Notes under the pieces: generated by a model | Seen by the model: only the letters and a program-made list of their open reading frames with translations | Told to the model about the DNA's origin: nothing | The model's database searches: none | Part shown: positions 36,682-50,200 of the stretch, in pieces | Layout: the number at the start of each line of letters is the position of its first letter | How positions within the stretch are numbered: position 1 is the stretch's first letter | Program-made: the position numbers and the translations under genes | From: Bugula neritina | Lineage: Eukaryota; Animalia; Bryozoa | Direction: 5' to 3' | Length of the DNA: 64,000 nt | Assembly: GCA_964035545.1 (NCBI GenBank) | Contig: OZ037767.1 | Span: 13,191,801-13,255,800 of the forward strand

Positions 36682-39600
36682 ATGCTGTGAGTATTCTAAA
36701 CAAGTAGTATAAGTTTATTAGCCACCAGTGCTAGCTTTAGAATGTAAAGTTGACAGTTTGTCTTATAGTATTGGTTTAATTTTGTTTGCAGAAAGTCGGC
36801 AATATCAAAGGCCTATGAGGAGGTGCAGGTGGTGGCTAATTTAAGGAGGGCTGTTCCAGTGGAGGCAACAAATCTACTCCGTCAGCAGTTTGAGAATGAG
36901 CTAAGAATTTTGGTAGGAAACTTTTTAATGTTTGCTACTATTTGGGAATTTAGTGAGGCTTTAAACTTCTTCGTTTACGTTTTATATAACAACTAAAAGC
37001 TGAAATTTTGATTAAAGTTGGTTTTATAGAGACAGGTTGACTAATATGTTCCATAGTAGTAGATGTAATACTCACAATGTAACTGGATGGACATGACAAG
37101 CCATTAGTAACATGAGTAACAGCTAGTACAGTAGCAATTAGCAACGGTAGTAATTAGTAACTGTGGCAAGTTGCTTTTTTATAAACTAGAGCTGGCAGTT
37201 ATGGATTTGGAGTCTATTGGGTACACAACTCCAAAATACTCCTATGTTATTTCAAGTAGTATTGTATTTTTATTCTACTTTCCTTGCATAAAATAGTGGT
37301 TCGTAATCACACATTGCTCTACATGCATTGATTTCTATAGCAGGGCGGGAGGACAAATCTGAGTTTAATAACTTGATCCCCTCAAAAGCTACTGTACATT
37401 GTATTGTAACTAATAATAGTTTTGATTTATTGAAATTATATGAAGCTAGTTCCATTTAAATTGGTGAACCTGCAAATTGGATAAATTCAGGTGCAACATT
37501 GGCTCAGTGTAGTTATAATGATAATTTTATTTAAACTCTGTCCAAGCAGACAATTGTGTTGATGAGAGCTATCGTTTCAACCTGTTTGACATTATTCTGA
37601 TCACCAATATGTGTGGGCATTAAGAACTGGTGCTTTACAACTGTGTCAAGGTTGATCTACACTAATAATTGCATCTTTTCGTTATCAAATGTTTCACAAT
37701 AATTGGGAGTTGTTTTCTACTAGAATGAAACTGAGTACCCTTTATGGAGAAGAGAAGATAATTCTCAACAAATGGCTCGTCAGCTGCAAGACTTAGACAA
37801 ACTTAAACATCTACTGAACCAGAACATCACTTCAAACTTCATAAATGTGGTAAGTGGACAAGCTGCGAGATTCTCAAGTGTGGTAAGTGGACATGCTGTG
37901 GTGCTAGGTTTATGTACTGGAATTATCGAAAATAATGCCCTGTAACAACAAATTTTGAAATACCAACTGTTTTACTTGAGTTTCTTTTAATATTGTGTCA
38001 TGGAAAGATAACTCTAAATTTGTGCCACTGAAAGGAATTGTCTTCTGTCGCCTCAGTATGAAATAGATCAGGTGGGTTCACATTTGTTAGAATATATAGG
38101 GCATGGTAAGCTGTTTCATTTGGAACTGTGGAGTGTGTTTGATTAAGCCAGTTTCTTTGCAATGCTGGAAGAAAACTCAGACAGACTTTGGTTATATTAG
38201 AATACTTATTTGCTATAAGTGGTTTTTGAGAATGTTCCTAGGAATTCATTTATCCAGAATAACGGCTGTATTCATATGTGAGTCACCATAGTATTATGTT
38301 CTATTACAACTCGGGTTGTATATTTATTCATCTGCCGTGAGGAGAGGCGAGGAATGACTCATTGCTTTGCCATTTCAGATGTTACTTTGTTACTGGTGTT
38401 TCATATCATGCTCTTAGCATTATTCTTCATAGTGCATCTTTTGAATAAATTTTGCCTAACTTTGAGCCCACTTTAAGTAAACCTTTGATATTTTACGTCA
38501 AAAAAAGTAATTGACTTCTTGCATTTATATTTAAACTGAATAAGTAATATGAATGATGACCATAAGTCTGTTGTTCCAATATTCCAGCTGCTGCTGTCAC
38601 GAGAAGCATTGCTTAGTTTGTTGTCATTGATTCGTCTTGTAATAATTTAGATTCCGGACCATGAGGTACGAATAAGGGCTCCGTCCTTAGACCCCTCCAG
38701 GGCTCCAGAGAATATCCAGGCTCTTTATAACTTTGCTAGAATGGCCATTAAGCAGAATATACAAATACGCAAACGACCCGAGCCAGATCCAGTTGTTGAG
38801 CCAGTAAGTAGTTTACTTGGAGATGGATGTAATCCATGTTGTGGTGTTGCTTTTTGCTACATTCCCACACAAACCTGCACTTTCAGTTAGTTCAGTGTCT
38901 ACTGAAAGTCTATAATCCTCTACTTAGTTTGTACATCACTTATGCTGGTACAGTGAGATTAATTTCTTTGCATAATGCAGATATTCACAACAACTGTTTT
39001 TAGCTTTAAAGTGTTAATATGTTAGTTGTCTTCCCTTCAAATTTGCCACTTTTTATTAAATATTTTACTCTCCAATTAGACCTTATGTTTTTTTATCCAA
39101 AATATTCATTTTTCTAATTGTTTTCTGCACTTGTTACATCATTAAAAGTTTAGGATTTGCTGAACCTACTTTGCATAAAAATGTGTGCATTGGAAAAAAT
39201 ACATTTTTTGTCATAAGGTGATAGTAACTTAAATTATTTCTACTTCATATAAAACTTTACTCTGGTTACATGCAGTGAATTTCAAGCTTTCCAATGAATG
39301 AAACAGTAACTGCTGCATATTGCAGGTCATCAGTGGACATGATTTTCCAAAAAGAAATAAATCTGCTTTGGGACGAAAGTCATCTACACCTATTCATCAA
39401 GGTAACACTTCAACATCTCGACGACTCTCGGCAAAATCTACAGCTCACACGTCCAATCTCCGGTCAACTGATTCTGCTGACGCTGACTCTATTCACAAGA
39501 GACGAGGAAAAAGGAAGTCAACTTCACTTCTCTTTACTCCCAGGCGGAGTGGATTAAGTGCTAAGAGATCAAATAGCAAGATTCCTAAGCCCTCTAGTGC

Positions 39601-39712
39601 GCTAAAACTGCGGGAGGGTGATGAAAGAGTTCATACTCCGTCGCCATTCAAATCGAGTAGTAAAGTAGCTAATTCCCCTAAAGTCACGTTGACTCACCTA
39701 AAACACACCTAA
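36682..39712 (+). CDS. Uncharacterised protein, helical N-half plus basic Ser/Arg/Lys-rich tail, ~263 aa (weakly Nsl1/Mis14-like)
   Basis: Phase-consistent exons 36639/36682-36686, 36792-36912, 37724-37849, 38651-38803, 39326-39712 (TAA) give an uninterrupted frame MLKSAISKAYEEVQVVANLRRAVPVEATNLLRQQFENELRILNETEYPLW... The start codon is uncertain. Confidence 0.7.
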
Positions 39713-40668
39713 GTTTTATTGATACTGCGTCCATATAATATAGTTTCATTTTACTTGCAGCTTTTAATGTGACTGAATGCTGACATTTGTGTGACCTTGA
39801 AATTGAACAGTGAATGTTACATGGAAATTGTTAATGTTCTCTCATCTAAATAAGCCTGACATTCTAACAAGTTATACCACTAGCCTGCTATACTGCATAT
39901 TTAACAAGTTTCCTTCTTACTGTAGTAATCATTTCGACTGTATTATACTTTATGTATACTTGTATAATCATCATTTAAACAAATTTTTCTATATTTTGCA
40001 TTGTTGGAAGTGGTTGGTGAAAGATAATATTAATATATTTTATTTAATTTTTACTCATAAATGTTATAACATAGCATAAAATATGTTTAAAGTTATGCAA
40101 TATAGATTAACATAGAGAGCCTGTAAGCCAAAACCACACTTTTGCATTGAGAAGAAGTTATATATGCATGGCTCATGAAAATAAACAAATTTGTAAGCCT
40201 CTGGGTTTAGATATTAACAACTCTATGCAATCAAGTATCACATACAAGCATTAAAAATATATGATAGACAAAAATAGACTTTCTAGAGCACCATTATGGC
40301 ACATGGTAGAAAGGTACGAAACAGATGAACTAAACTAGCTGTTATCCACAGTTGATATAATATTGTATTACTAATAAATATGAATCTAACAATCATGAGC
40401 AAAATTGTAATTACTAGTTGCTGGTGTTCAATATACTGTAAAAGTTACTCAGTCTCATCGCAAAGGCATCTTTCTAGTCTAACTGCAGTCCTAAGGGTCA
40501 GGTCTTACAAGGGTCAATGGCTGCTAAAAGTCTAGAAAACGGCCTGCTGTAATGAAGCCGGAAGATCGTGTGCATGTAGTTTTTGGATTTGTCTGTCCAG
40601 CAATAGAATTTGTAGTTGCAGTGTGTGTTACTATTGTTTTCTTTGTAGATAGTGATAAGTTAATGGTT

Positions 40669-43559
40669 TTATTCGCTCTCATTTTCTCTAAAATATAATT
40701 GAGTAGAAACATCTTAGTTCAAAACATGCACAAATAGGAAATAATAAATAAGAAATGAAAAAGAATTTTGCAATATGCAGTCTATTTTGTCCTTTTTGGT
40801 TAACATTGGTTAACTTGGGAATGATTTTTAAAAAGAGTCCAAATAAAGAAAATTAATTACATCAAAAGTGAAAGGTTTTGCTATTCGCTGTACTAGTTAA
40901 AATAAATTCAACGCCAGAATCAATAATTGACGAATCACACTTATTTTGATATTCAGTCAAGTCATGGGCAATCTGATGGAATTTGACTTGAATATGAAAC
41001 TTTTTGAGAGAACACTTTGCTTCGGCCAGTAAAAATGAGGCATATATCAGCCAATCAAATTTAAAACAAAATAGGCTGCATGTAGCAAGACAAGCAACTG
41101 CATTCCTGGATAGCTAAAACATATAACAATGTTACTTCACCGTTGCATAAATTTGTAACCTGGCATTTGTTATAATGAAATGGGGGGGGGGGAGGTGAAG
41201 GGGGAGGTAAGACTCGACAACTTGAGTTATTAAATTCAAGCTTGTGAACTCTGCAAATCTGAAATTCATGTTCCAGGTGTTTCTGTTTCCATTACAGTGA
41301 ATTTCATACACAAGACAAATGCATCTGTACCATTTGAAAATGGTAGTGTTTTTATTTCAAGAGAGGGGAGTTTTGTTGAAAAGCTACCAACATAAGATGT
41401 TGAAATATTAGTTCTTTTAACTGGGACTATTTTATATAAACATCTACTTACTAAACTAAGCTAACAAAATGGTAAATAAAAAGGCACACGAAGAGGGGAG
41501 ACGACAACAAATCACTCACTTGTCTATAAGAGCGACTTTAGTTGTAGCAGCTGTGTCAGGGTTCTTCATTATCTGGTAGAGGGATCTGGATCCCGACTTC
41601 CGCCGAGTTCTGGTCGTCCCCGCTGATGCTTCCGAGAGGAAGGACGGGTCTGCTGTCGCCTGAGCAAAGATACACAACATGTTTCAACACCCTCACAACT
41701 AGCCAACTGTAGTGCTGAAATTACCAAATAATCCCTGTGGTGTGATGGTTAGCGAGTTTGCTTGCAAGCCGGAGGTCCCGGGTTCGAATCTCAGTAAGAG
41801 AAAATATTTTTCACAAATCAATGATTATGATGAGAATATGGGTGGGATAAGGCGACTGATAATTACGGAATATGGGACATGCAAAGTACTTAAAGAGGTA
41901 TATATGTTTCCATACCATTTGTGCAACATAAAGTTTAAAAAAGGAAATTTGGGTTATGGTATAAGCACACAACAAGGCACTAAGAAGTTGCCTTCCATGT
42001 ACTACAAATTCAAGCTAACTGCATATTTAGGTGTTGAATACGTATCAAGAATAAAGGGGTTATAAAAATGTCTTAACTAAAAGAAGATTACACTATACCA
42101 TAGGTTACCCCTTAAAGTAATGGATAATGAACTGTTAGACACTGTAGCTGTGGTGTAATTCATTGTAGCTGCAAGCAAATACACTCAAAGCATTCACATT
42201 ACACTCAGTGGGTAGAGCCTAGTAACTATCTCCAACGGCTAATAATGAAGCTTTAGCTCCATCACAGCTCACCCAGAATTCTCTTGGCAGTTAGAAAAGC
42301 AGAGGATTCTGGGAGAGGAAACAAATTTTAACAAAAGTAACCGAGTGACTGGACATGGTGTTTCATAGAAAGGCTGTGCTGATGTGAATTCATCTATTGT
42401 TAAAAGCAAAACAATTGAAATTTTAAAAAACATAATTACTATAATACTTCCATATTAAAATATATAACTTAATATTCATTTTAATTACAACTTTTCATTA
42501 CAGAAACCATATTAGCACTCACAATTTTATTATCAACTCGAGAAATTTTAAATTCACAACAGCACACTTTTCCATAATTAACATGTTAGTAAATGTTATA
42601 ACAGTAAAAAGATCAATGTGCAATACAGTGTACAGAGCAGAGACAGAACTAAACTATCAACTCCAAAACAACTATTTAAATTTCAATGAAAGAGGAGACA
42701 AATCCATTTGTATAAACATTTTTATACATCTTGGAGTTGTCTTCCTTTCATGTAACTAGGTCACTGATAGTTAGAGCAGGAAACTAATTAAAACTCATAA
42801 GTCTGTTAACAAACTACCTTCAGCAACTTCAACTGCCTAAAGAAATAAAAGCGTAAGAAATATGAACATAAGTTAAACACCGTGAGACTAAACGTAGAAA
42901 GCTGTCATAAACAACATGAGTGGACTATAAAATGTAGAATTGTGACTGTTGTCATTAGACAGCTACCTATGACAGTCAACAACGATCAGTAACAGAATTG
43001 TTACAGAATATAATTTAACAGTGTGACAAGCCGTGCTAAGCAGTTATTATGACGACAGTGCAAACAGGTTTAGTGGCTTTGCAAATATGTTTTGCTCGGA
43101 AAAGTTGTGCAATAACTAAAATCTTGTTAATTAAAAAATATAAGATGTCGGTTAAAGTTATGATAGAATTTTAAGTACACTCCCAGCTGCTTAAATTTTT
43201 GATAATAACAGAGAATCTTACTTGGTTTGCTTCAGTTTGAAGGGGCGTTGACTGCACATCTCCCACTGTCATGATAGTAAACACGGGCTCATCTATTTGA
43301 GCAGGTGAAGATTCTAGATCCCCTGTAAATGTGACATTGATGGCAGGTTCGTCTATTTGGGGTGGAGCAGATTCAACGTCTGCTGATGCAGAGACACTGA
43401 TGATTGGTTCGTCTAATTGGGGTGGAGCAGATTCAACGTCCGCTGATGCAGAGACACTGATGATTGGTTCGTCAGAATCAACATCAAAGTCAAGGGCAGC
43501 AAGAGCTTGCAAATCACCTTCGACATCAGCCAGTGCTGCTGAAAAAGCTGCCTGGCGTG
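40669..43559 (-). CDS. Alternative distal 3' exons of the AHNAK-like gene
   Basis: Exon 43559-43222 accepts phase 1 from exon 44708-44635 (ARQAAFSAALADVEGDLQAL...). It is followed by a 19-nt microexon 42836-42818, candidate exons 42393-42342 and 41659-41520, and a terminal exon from 40687. The exact path is uncertain. Confidence 0.55.
41731..41800 (+). pseudogene. tRNA-like fragment (tRNA pseudogene or head of a second SINE family)
   Basis: A-box tggtgtgatgg, ct-tgc-aa loop and gaggtcccgggttcgaatc T-arm, but the acceptor stem does not pair. Confidence 0.55.
43290..43475 (-). repeat. 60-bp coding tandem repeat (DEPIISVSASADVESAPPQ[LI], ~3 copies)
   Basis: Two near-identical copies and one diverged copy in exon 43559-43222. 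Confidence 0.85.
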
Positions 43560-44267
43560 CTGTAAAATATGACGCAAGATATAAAACAATGATTTAGAGA
43601 TATTATACAAGGTGGGTACCTGTGTACAAAAGAAAATACACGGACAGACCAATTCATGTTCAAACAACATATACATTTTAATAATGCAACTCAAAAACTT
43701 TAACGAACAAATATTTAAATGACTGTTAAATAACATTTCAAATGCCATAATATTATATTCAACATTACAACAAAAAGACTAAAATAAAAAATGATAATTT
43801 ATCAATAACAAGCAGGTGCTACACTAGGCTATCACAGCTACAGTTGCTTTAGTCATTTTGATAAAAGAACATTGACTTTGGTTATGCATGCAGAAGTAGT
43901 AGAAAGCCCAATTCACCGTACCCACGCTGCGCGTACTACAAGCTGTAGACAACAAAAAGTTACCCTGTCTAACAACGCAACTCTGCCCATATAAGTCAAA
44001 ACTGAGCACTCATTTGTGAAGCAATATATGTGCAAACTGTAAAGCATTGATTGCAGACTACAATGAGGCATCAACTAAAGCATTGAGGTTGCAATGTTAG
44101 AATAGACAAGCTTCCACAGATAAGGCAGGCATCTGAGACACAAGCTTCAAATACTTTACTGAGTAGATTAGAGTCAATACAGTAGAGCAACTGTTCATCA
44201 ACACCAGTTGAAGCAGCAAGCAATAGAAATTAGAAAGCACTAAAATTAACCATCAGCTGAATCGGTC

Positions 44268-47200
44268 TTATGGCGAAGGTGACAAACCTTCAGCCTCGGG
44301 CCCTAATGTAGTTTTGTTATGTGTAAGTGGTTCCATATCGCTAAGGTCATCGTCCTCATCGCTCCAACTGGACAACTTACGTAACTCCACTAAATCGGGA
44401 ATGTTGGCTGCAAGTCGCTCTTGAAAACTTAGATTATTGCTATCTAAGTCTTCGGCTGTAACACGAATTACTGCCTATTCACGTATGAATGTGATAAACT
44501 TGCTAAATGCAGACGACTTTAGAAAGCTCTGGTATACTAAAGCTTTTAAAGTGAATTAAAAATGATGATGATAAGAAAGATAGGAAACCTCAATTTATAG
44601 ATTCAAATAGCTTTAATTGTTAGTACAGAAGTACCGTTTTTATCAACAGGTGGTGGTGACAGTTCGGCAGCTACATTCCCATCTATCCCAAGGGCACCAT
44701 CTAAGTTTCTAAAACATGAACAAAACAATATGTTGTAAGGAGAGCAGCACGGTAAAACACGTATAAAATTATAGCATTAACACATTAGAGTGGCCGACTT
44801 ACTCATTTTGAGGAGCTCCTAAACTCAGTGAGGCATCTGGTGAGGTTATGCTTACACCAGGAGATGATATACCTACAGATGGAGCAGTGACATTGCTGGA
44901 AGGAATATCTGTACTTGATGGTGATACATCTGAAGGAATTTGAGTGTCTATTTGTGTGAGCGGAGTTTCTGATTGTGTATCTAAATCTCCAACGCGGAGT
45001 GAAGGAAGGGATACATTAGGAATGTGTACTGAAGGATCAAATGTAGCAAGTGGTATATCTTTATCTAAATTTGATGACTTGGCAGGTTCTTTAAGATCTG
45101 TGTCAAGATCTGCAGATGGTGCTTCAACACCAACATTTGGCAACTCAACTTCAGCATTTCCTTTTCCTCCAAACTTAGGGATTTTAAATCCTACAATACC
45201 AGTTATCATATTATCATAAAAAGTAGATTGGTTAACCACATAAAAATTCTAAAAGAATTCCGTTTTTAAGTTACAGTCTAGAAAGCATAAATTAACTAAA
45301 AGTACACCATTAAATATTTCATCAACATTTAAACACAGTCTAATATCATTCTCAGAGTAAATAAAACATATACATACAGCTTTGAAGATGACACATAATG
45401 GTGCTTGAACATAAAAACTAAATACTTAGGACTCATAAGTGTTGGTTTTTTTTATCAAAGTTTTAAGTTTTTTAGAATTACATATGTTAGATTTCATTCC
45501 ATAAAAAGACTTACCAAAACCACTCTTTTTCTTCTTTTTCTTCCTATCCTTATCATCACCACTACTAGAGTTGGAAGAAGAGCTGCTCGATGAAGAGCTA
45601 CTACCACTTCTGGATCTTGATTTCAGTTTCAAGTCACCACCGATACTACGATAATTTCAACACATAAATTACTATAATGTAAAGGAAGCCTGCATAATCG
45701 CAAGCTGTTGTGATTCTAGGAATAAACTTTTGATTAAAAGGTGTGTAATCAAAATGAATAACATGCTAAATATTTTTTATTGTCTATTGATGTTTAAATG
45801 TAGTCAGCTCACCCTCCACTTGGTAAATCAATATCTGCAGATGGTGCCTTAATATCTGCTGAAGGAAGATCTATGCCTCCTGATACACCACCACTTGGTA
45901 GGTCAATATCAGCAGATGGTGCTTTAATATCTGCTGAAGGAAGATCTATACCTCCTGATACACCACCACTTGGTAGGTCGATATTGGCAGATGGTGCTTT
46001 AATATCTGCTGAAGGAAGGTCTATATCTCCTGATACACCACCACTTGGTAGATCGATATCTGCAGATGGTGCTTTAAGGTCTGCTGAAGGAAGGTCTATA
46101 CCTCCTGATAGACCACCACTTGGTAGGTCGATGCCTGCAGATGGTCCTTTAAGCTCACCATCAGTTTTCGGTCCTTTAACTTTAGATTTTCTTTTTCCTC
46201 CGATCTTAGGAAGTTTAAATCCTGTAACCCCAATCACAATTTTGAAACATAAAGCAATTTCTTGAGAGCAATTAAATTCTTTTGCATAATCTATGCTCAG
46301 AATATCTTGGGCAACTTACCAAAGCCACTCTTTTTCTTCCCATCCTTATCATCATCACTACTAGAGCTGGAAGAAGAGCTGCTCGATGAAGAGCTGCTAC
46401 CACTTCTGGATCTTGATTTCAGCTTCAAGTCGCCACCGATACTATAATGATTCCAACGTATAGCACACATGTCATTGTAAAGGAAATCTGCATGATTACA
46501 ACCTGTTGAGAAACTAGGACCAGACTGGTGATCAAATGTTCTGTCATGAAATCAAAAAGATATAAACTTTTTAATTAGTGTTTAAATGTAGTCAGCTTAC
46601 CCTCCACTTGGAAGATCAATATCTGCAGATGGTGCTTTAATATCTGCTGAAGGAAGATTTATACCTCCTGATAAACCACCACTTGGTATATCGATATCGG
46701 CAGATGGTGCTTTAATGCCTGCTGAAGGAAGGTCTATACCTCCTGATACACCACCACTTGGTAGGTCGATATCAGCAGATGGCGCTTTAATATCTGCTGA
46801 AGGAAGGTCTATGCCTCCTGATAGACCACCACTTGGTAAATCAATATCAGCAGATGGTGCTTTAATATCTGCTGAAGGAAGATCTATACCTCCTGATACA
46901 CCACCACTTGGTAGGTCGATATCAGCAGATGGCGCTTTAAGATCTGCTGAAGGAAGGTCTATGCCTCCTGATAGACCACCACTTGGTAAATCAATATCAG
47001 CAGATGGTGCTTTAATATCTGCTGAAGGAAGATCTATACCTCCTGATACACCACCACTTGGTAGGTCGATATCAGCAGATGGCGCTTTAAGATCTGCTGA
47101 AGGAAGGTCTATGCCTCCTGATAGACCACCACTTGGTAAATCAATATCTGCAGATGGTGCTTTAATATCTGCTGAAGGAAGGCCTATACCTCCTGATAGA

Positions 47201-50200
47201 CCACCACTTGGTAGGTCAAGATCGGCAGATGGTGCTTTAAGGTCTGCTGAAGGAAGATCTATACCTCCTGATATGCCACCACTTGGTAAATCAATGTCGG
47301 CAGATGGTCCTTTAAGCTCACCATCAGCCTTTGGTAATTTCACTTTAGATTTTCCTTTTCCTCCAAGTTTAGGCAGTTTAAATCCTGTAATAATAATCAA
47401 AGATTGGATACATAAAACAAATTCTTGAGAGTACTAATTAATTTGTTTTTGCATAACTTATGTGTATCATTTCCTGGGAACCTTACCAAAGCCACCCTTT
47501 TTCTTCCCATCCTTATTGTCACCACTACTAGAGCTAGAAGAAGAGCTGCTTGATGAAGAGCTGCTACCACTCCTGGATCTTGATTTCAACTTCAAGTCAC
47601 CACCAATACTACAATGATTGAAACATAATATAGAAAACTTTCTCGTACAAGGGATCTGCATGAATGCAAACTGTTGAGAATCTATGAATAAACTTTTGAT
47701 TAAAAGGTGTGTAATCAAAATGAATAACATGATAAATATTTTTTATTGTCTATTGATGTTTAAATTTAGTCAGCTTACCTTCCACTTGGTAAATCAATGT
47801 CAGCAGATGGTGCTTTAATGTCTGCAGAAGGAAGATCTATGCCTCCTGATAGACCACCACTTGGTAAATCAATGTCTGTAGATGGTGCTTTAACATTTGC
47901 TGAAGGAAGGTCTATACCTCCTGATAGACCACCACTTGGTAGGTCAAGATCGGCAGATGGTGCTTTAAGGTCTGCTGAAGGAAGGTCTATGCCTCCTGAT
48001 ACACCACTACTTGGTAAATCAATATCGGCAGATGGCGCTTTAATATCTGCTGAAGGAAGATCTATGCCTCCTGATACACCACCACTTGGTAAATCAACAT
48101 CTGCAGATGGTGCTTTAAGGTCTGCTGAAGGAACATCTATGCCTCCTGATAGACCACCACTTGGGAGATCAATATCTGCAGATGGCGCTTTAATATCTGC
48201 TGAAGGAAGATCTATACCTCCTGATACACCACCACTTGGTAGGTCGATGCCCCCAGATGGTCCTTTAAGCTCACCATCACGTTTTGGCAATTTCACTTTA
48301 GATTTTCCTTTTCCTCCGATCTTAGGAAGTTTAAATCCTGCAACACCAATCACATTTTTGAAACAGAAACAAATTTTTGAGAGCAATTTAATGCTTTTGT
48401 ATAATTCATGTGCTGTGTTTCTTGAGCAACTTACCAAAGCCACTTTTCTTCTTTTTCTTCCCATCCTTATCATCATCACTACTAGAGCTAGAAGAAGAGC
48501 TGCTCGATGAAGAGCTGCTACCACTTCTGGATCTTGATTTCAGCTTCAAGTCGCCACCAATACTATAATGATTCCAACATTATACAGAAAACTTTCTCGT
48601 ACAAGGGATCTGCATGAATGCAAACTGTTGAGAATCTATGAATAAACCTTTGATTGAAAGGTGTGTAATCAAAATAAATACCACGCTAAATATTTTTTAT
48701 TGTCTATTGATGTTTAAATGTAGTCAGCTTACCCTCCACTTGGTAAATCAATATCTGCAGATGGTGCTTTAATGTCTGCAGAAGGAAGATCTATGCCTCC
48801 TGATACACCACCACTTGGTAGGTCGATATCGGCAGATGGTGCTTTAATATCTGCTGAAGGAAGGTCTATACCTCCTGATACGCCACCACTTGGTAGATCG
48901 ATATCTGCAGATAGTGCTTTAAGGTCTGCAGAAGGAAGATCTATGCCTCCTGATACACCACCACTTGGTAGGTCGATATCGGCAGATGGTGCTTTAATAT
49001 CTGCTGAAGGAAGGTCTATACCTCCTGATACGCCACCACTTGGTAGATCGATATCTGCAGATGGTGCTTTAATATCTGCTGAAGGGAGATCTATGCTTCC
49101 TGATAGACCACCACTTGGTAGATCAATATCGGCAGATGGCGCTTTAAGGTCTGCTGAAGGAAGATCTATACCTCCTGATAGACCACCACTTGGCAGATCG
49201 ATGTCTGCAGATGGTGCTTTAATATCTGCTGAAGGAAGGTCTATACCTCCTGATACACCGCCACTTGGTAGATCAATGTTGGCAGATGGTCCTTTAAGGT
49301 CTGCTGAAGGAAGGTCTATGCCTCCTGATAGACCACCACTTGGTAAATCAATGTCTGCAAATGGTGCTTTAAGCTCACCATCAGCTTTGGGCAATTTCAC
49401 TTTAGACTTTCCTTTTCCTCCTAGCTTAGGCAGTTTAAATCCTGCAATCACAATTACAATTTTGAAACATAAAGCAAATTCATGAGAGAAATTGAATGTC
49501 TTATATAATTTATGTGCTGCGGATTTTCAGAAACTTACCAAAGCCACTCTTTTTCTTCTTTTTCTTTCCATCCTTATCATCACCACTACTAGAGCTAGAA
49601 GAAGAGCTGCTCGATGAAGAGCTACTACCACTTCTGGATCTTGATTTCAACTTCAAGTCACCACCAATACTATAATGATTCCAACATTATATAGAAAACT
49701 TTCTCGTACAAGGGATCTGCATGAATGCAAACTGTTGAGAATCTATGAATAAACTTTTGATTAAAAGGTGTGTAATCAAAATAAATAACATGATAAATAT
49801 TTTTTATTGTCTATTGATGTTTAAATGTAGTCAGCTTACCCTCCACTTGGAAGATCAATATCTGCAGATGGTGCTTTGAGGTCTGCAGAAGGAAGATTTA
49901 TATCTCCTGATAGACCACCACTTGGTAGATCGATATCGGCAGATGGTGCTTTAATATCTGCTGAAGGAAGATTTATATCTCCTGATACACCACCACTTGG
50001 TAGGTCAATATTAGCAGATGGTGCTTTAAGGTCTGCTGAAGGAAGATCTATACCTCCTGATATGCCACCACTTGGTAAATCAATATCGGCAGATGGCGCT
50101 TTAATATCTGCTGAAGGAAGATCTATGCCTCCTGATACACCACCACTTGGTAAATCAACATCTGCAGATGGTGCTTTAAGGTCTGCTGAAGGAACATCTA

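Noticed and set aside
41731-41800. Functional tRNA-Ala(TGC) gene
   Set aside because: Acceptor and anticodon stems do not pair; treated as a pseudogene or SINE head.
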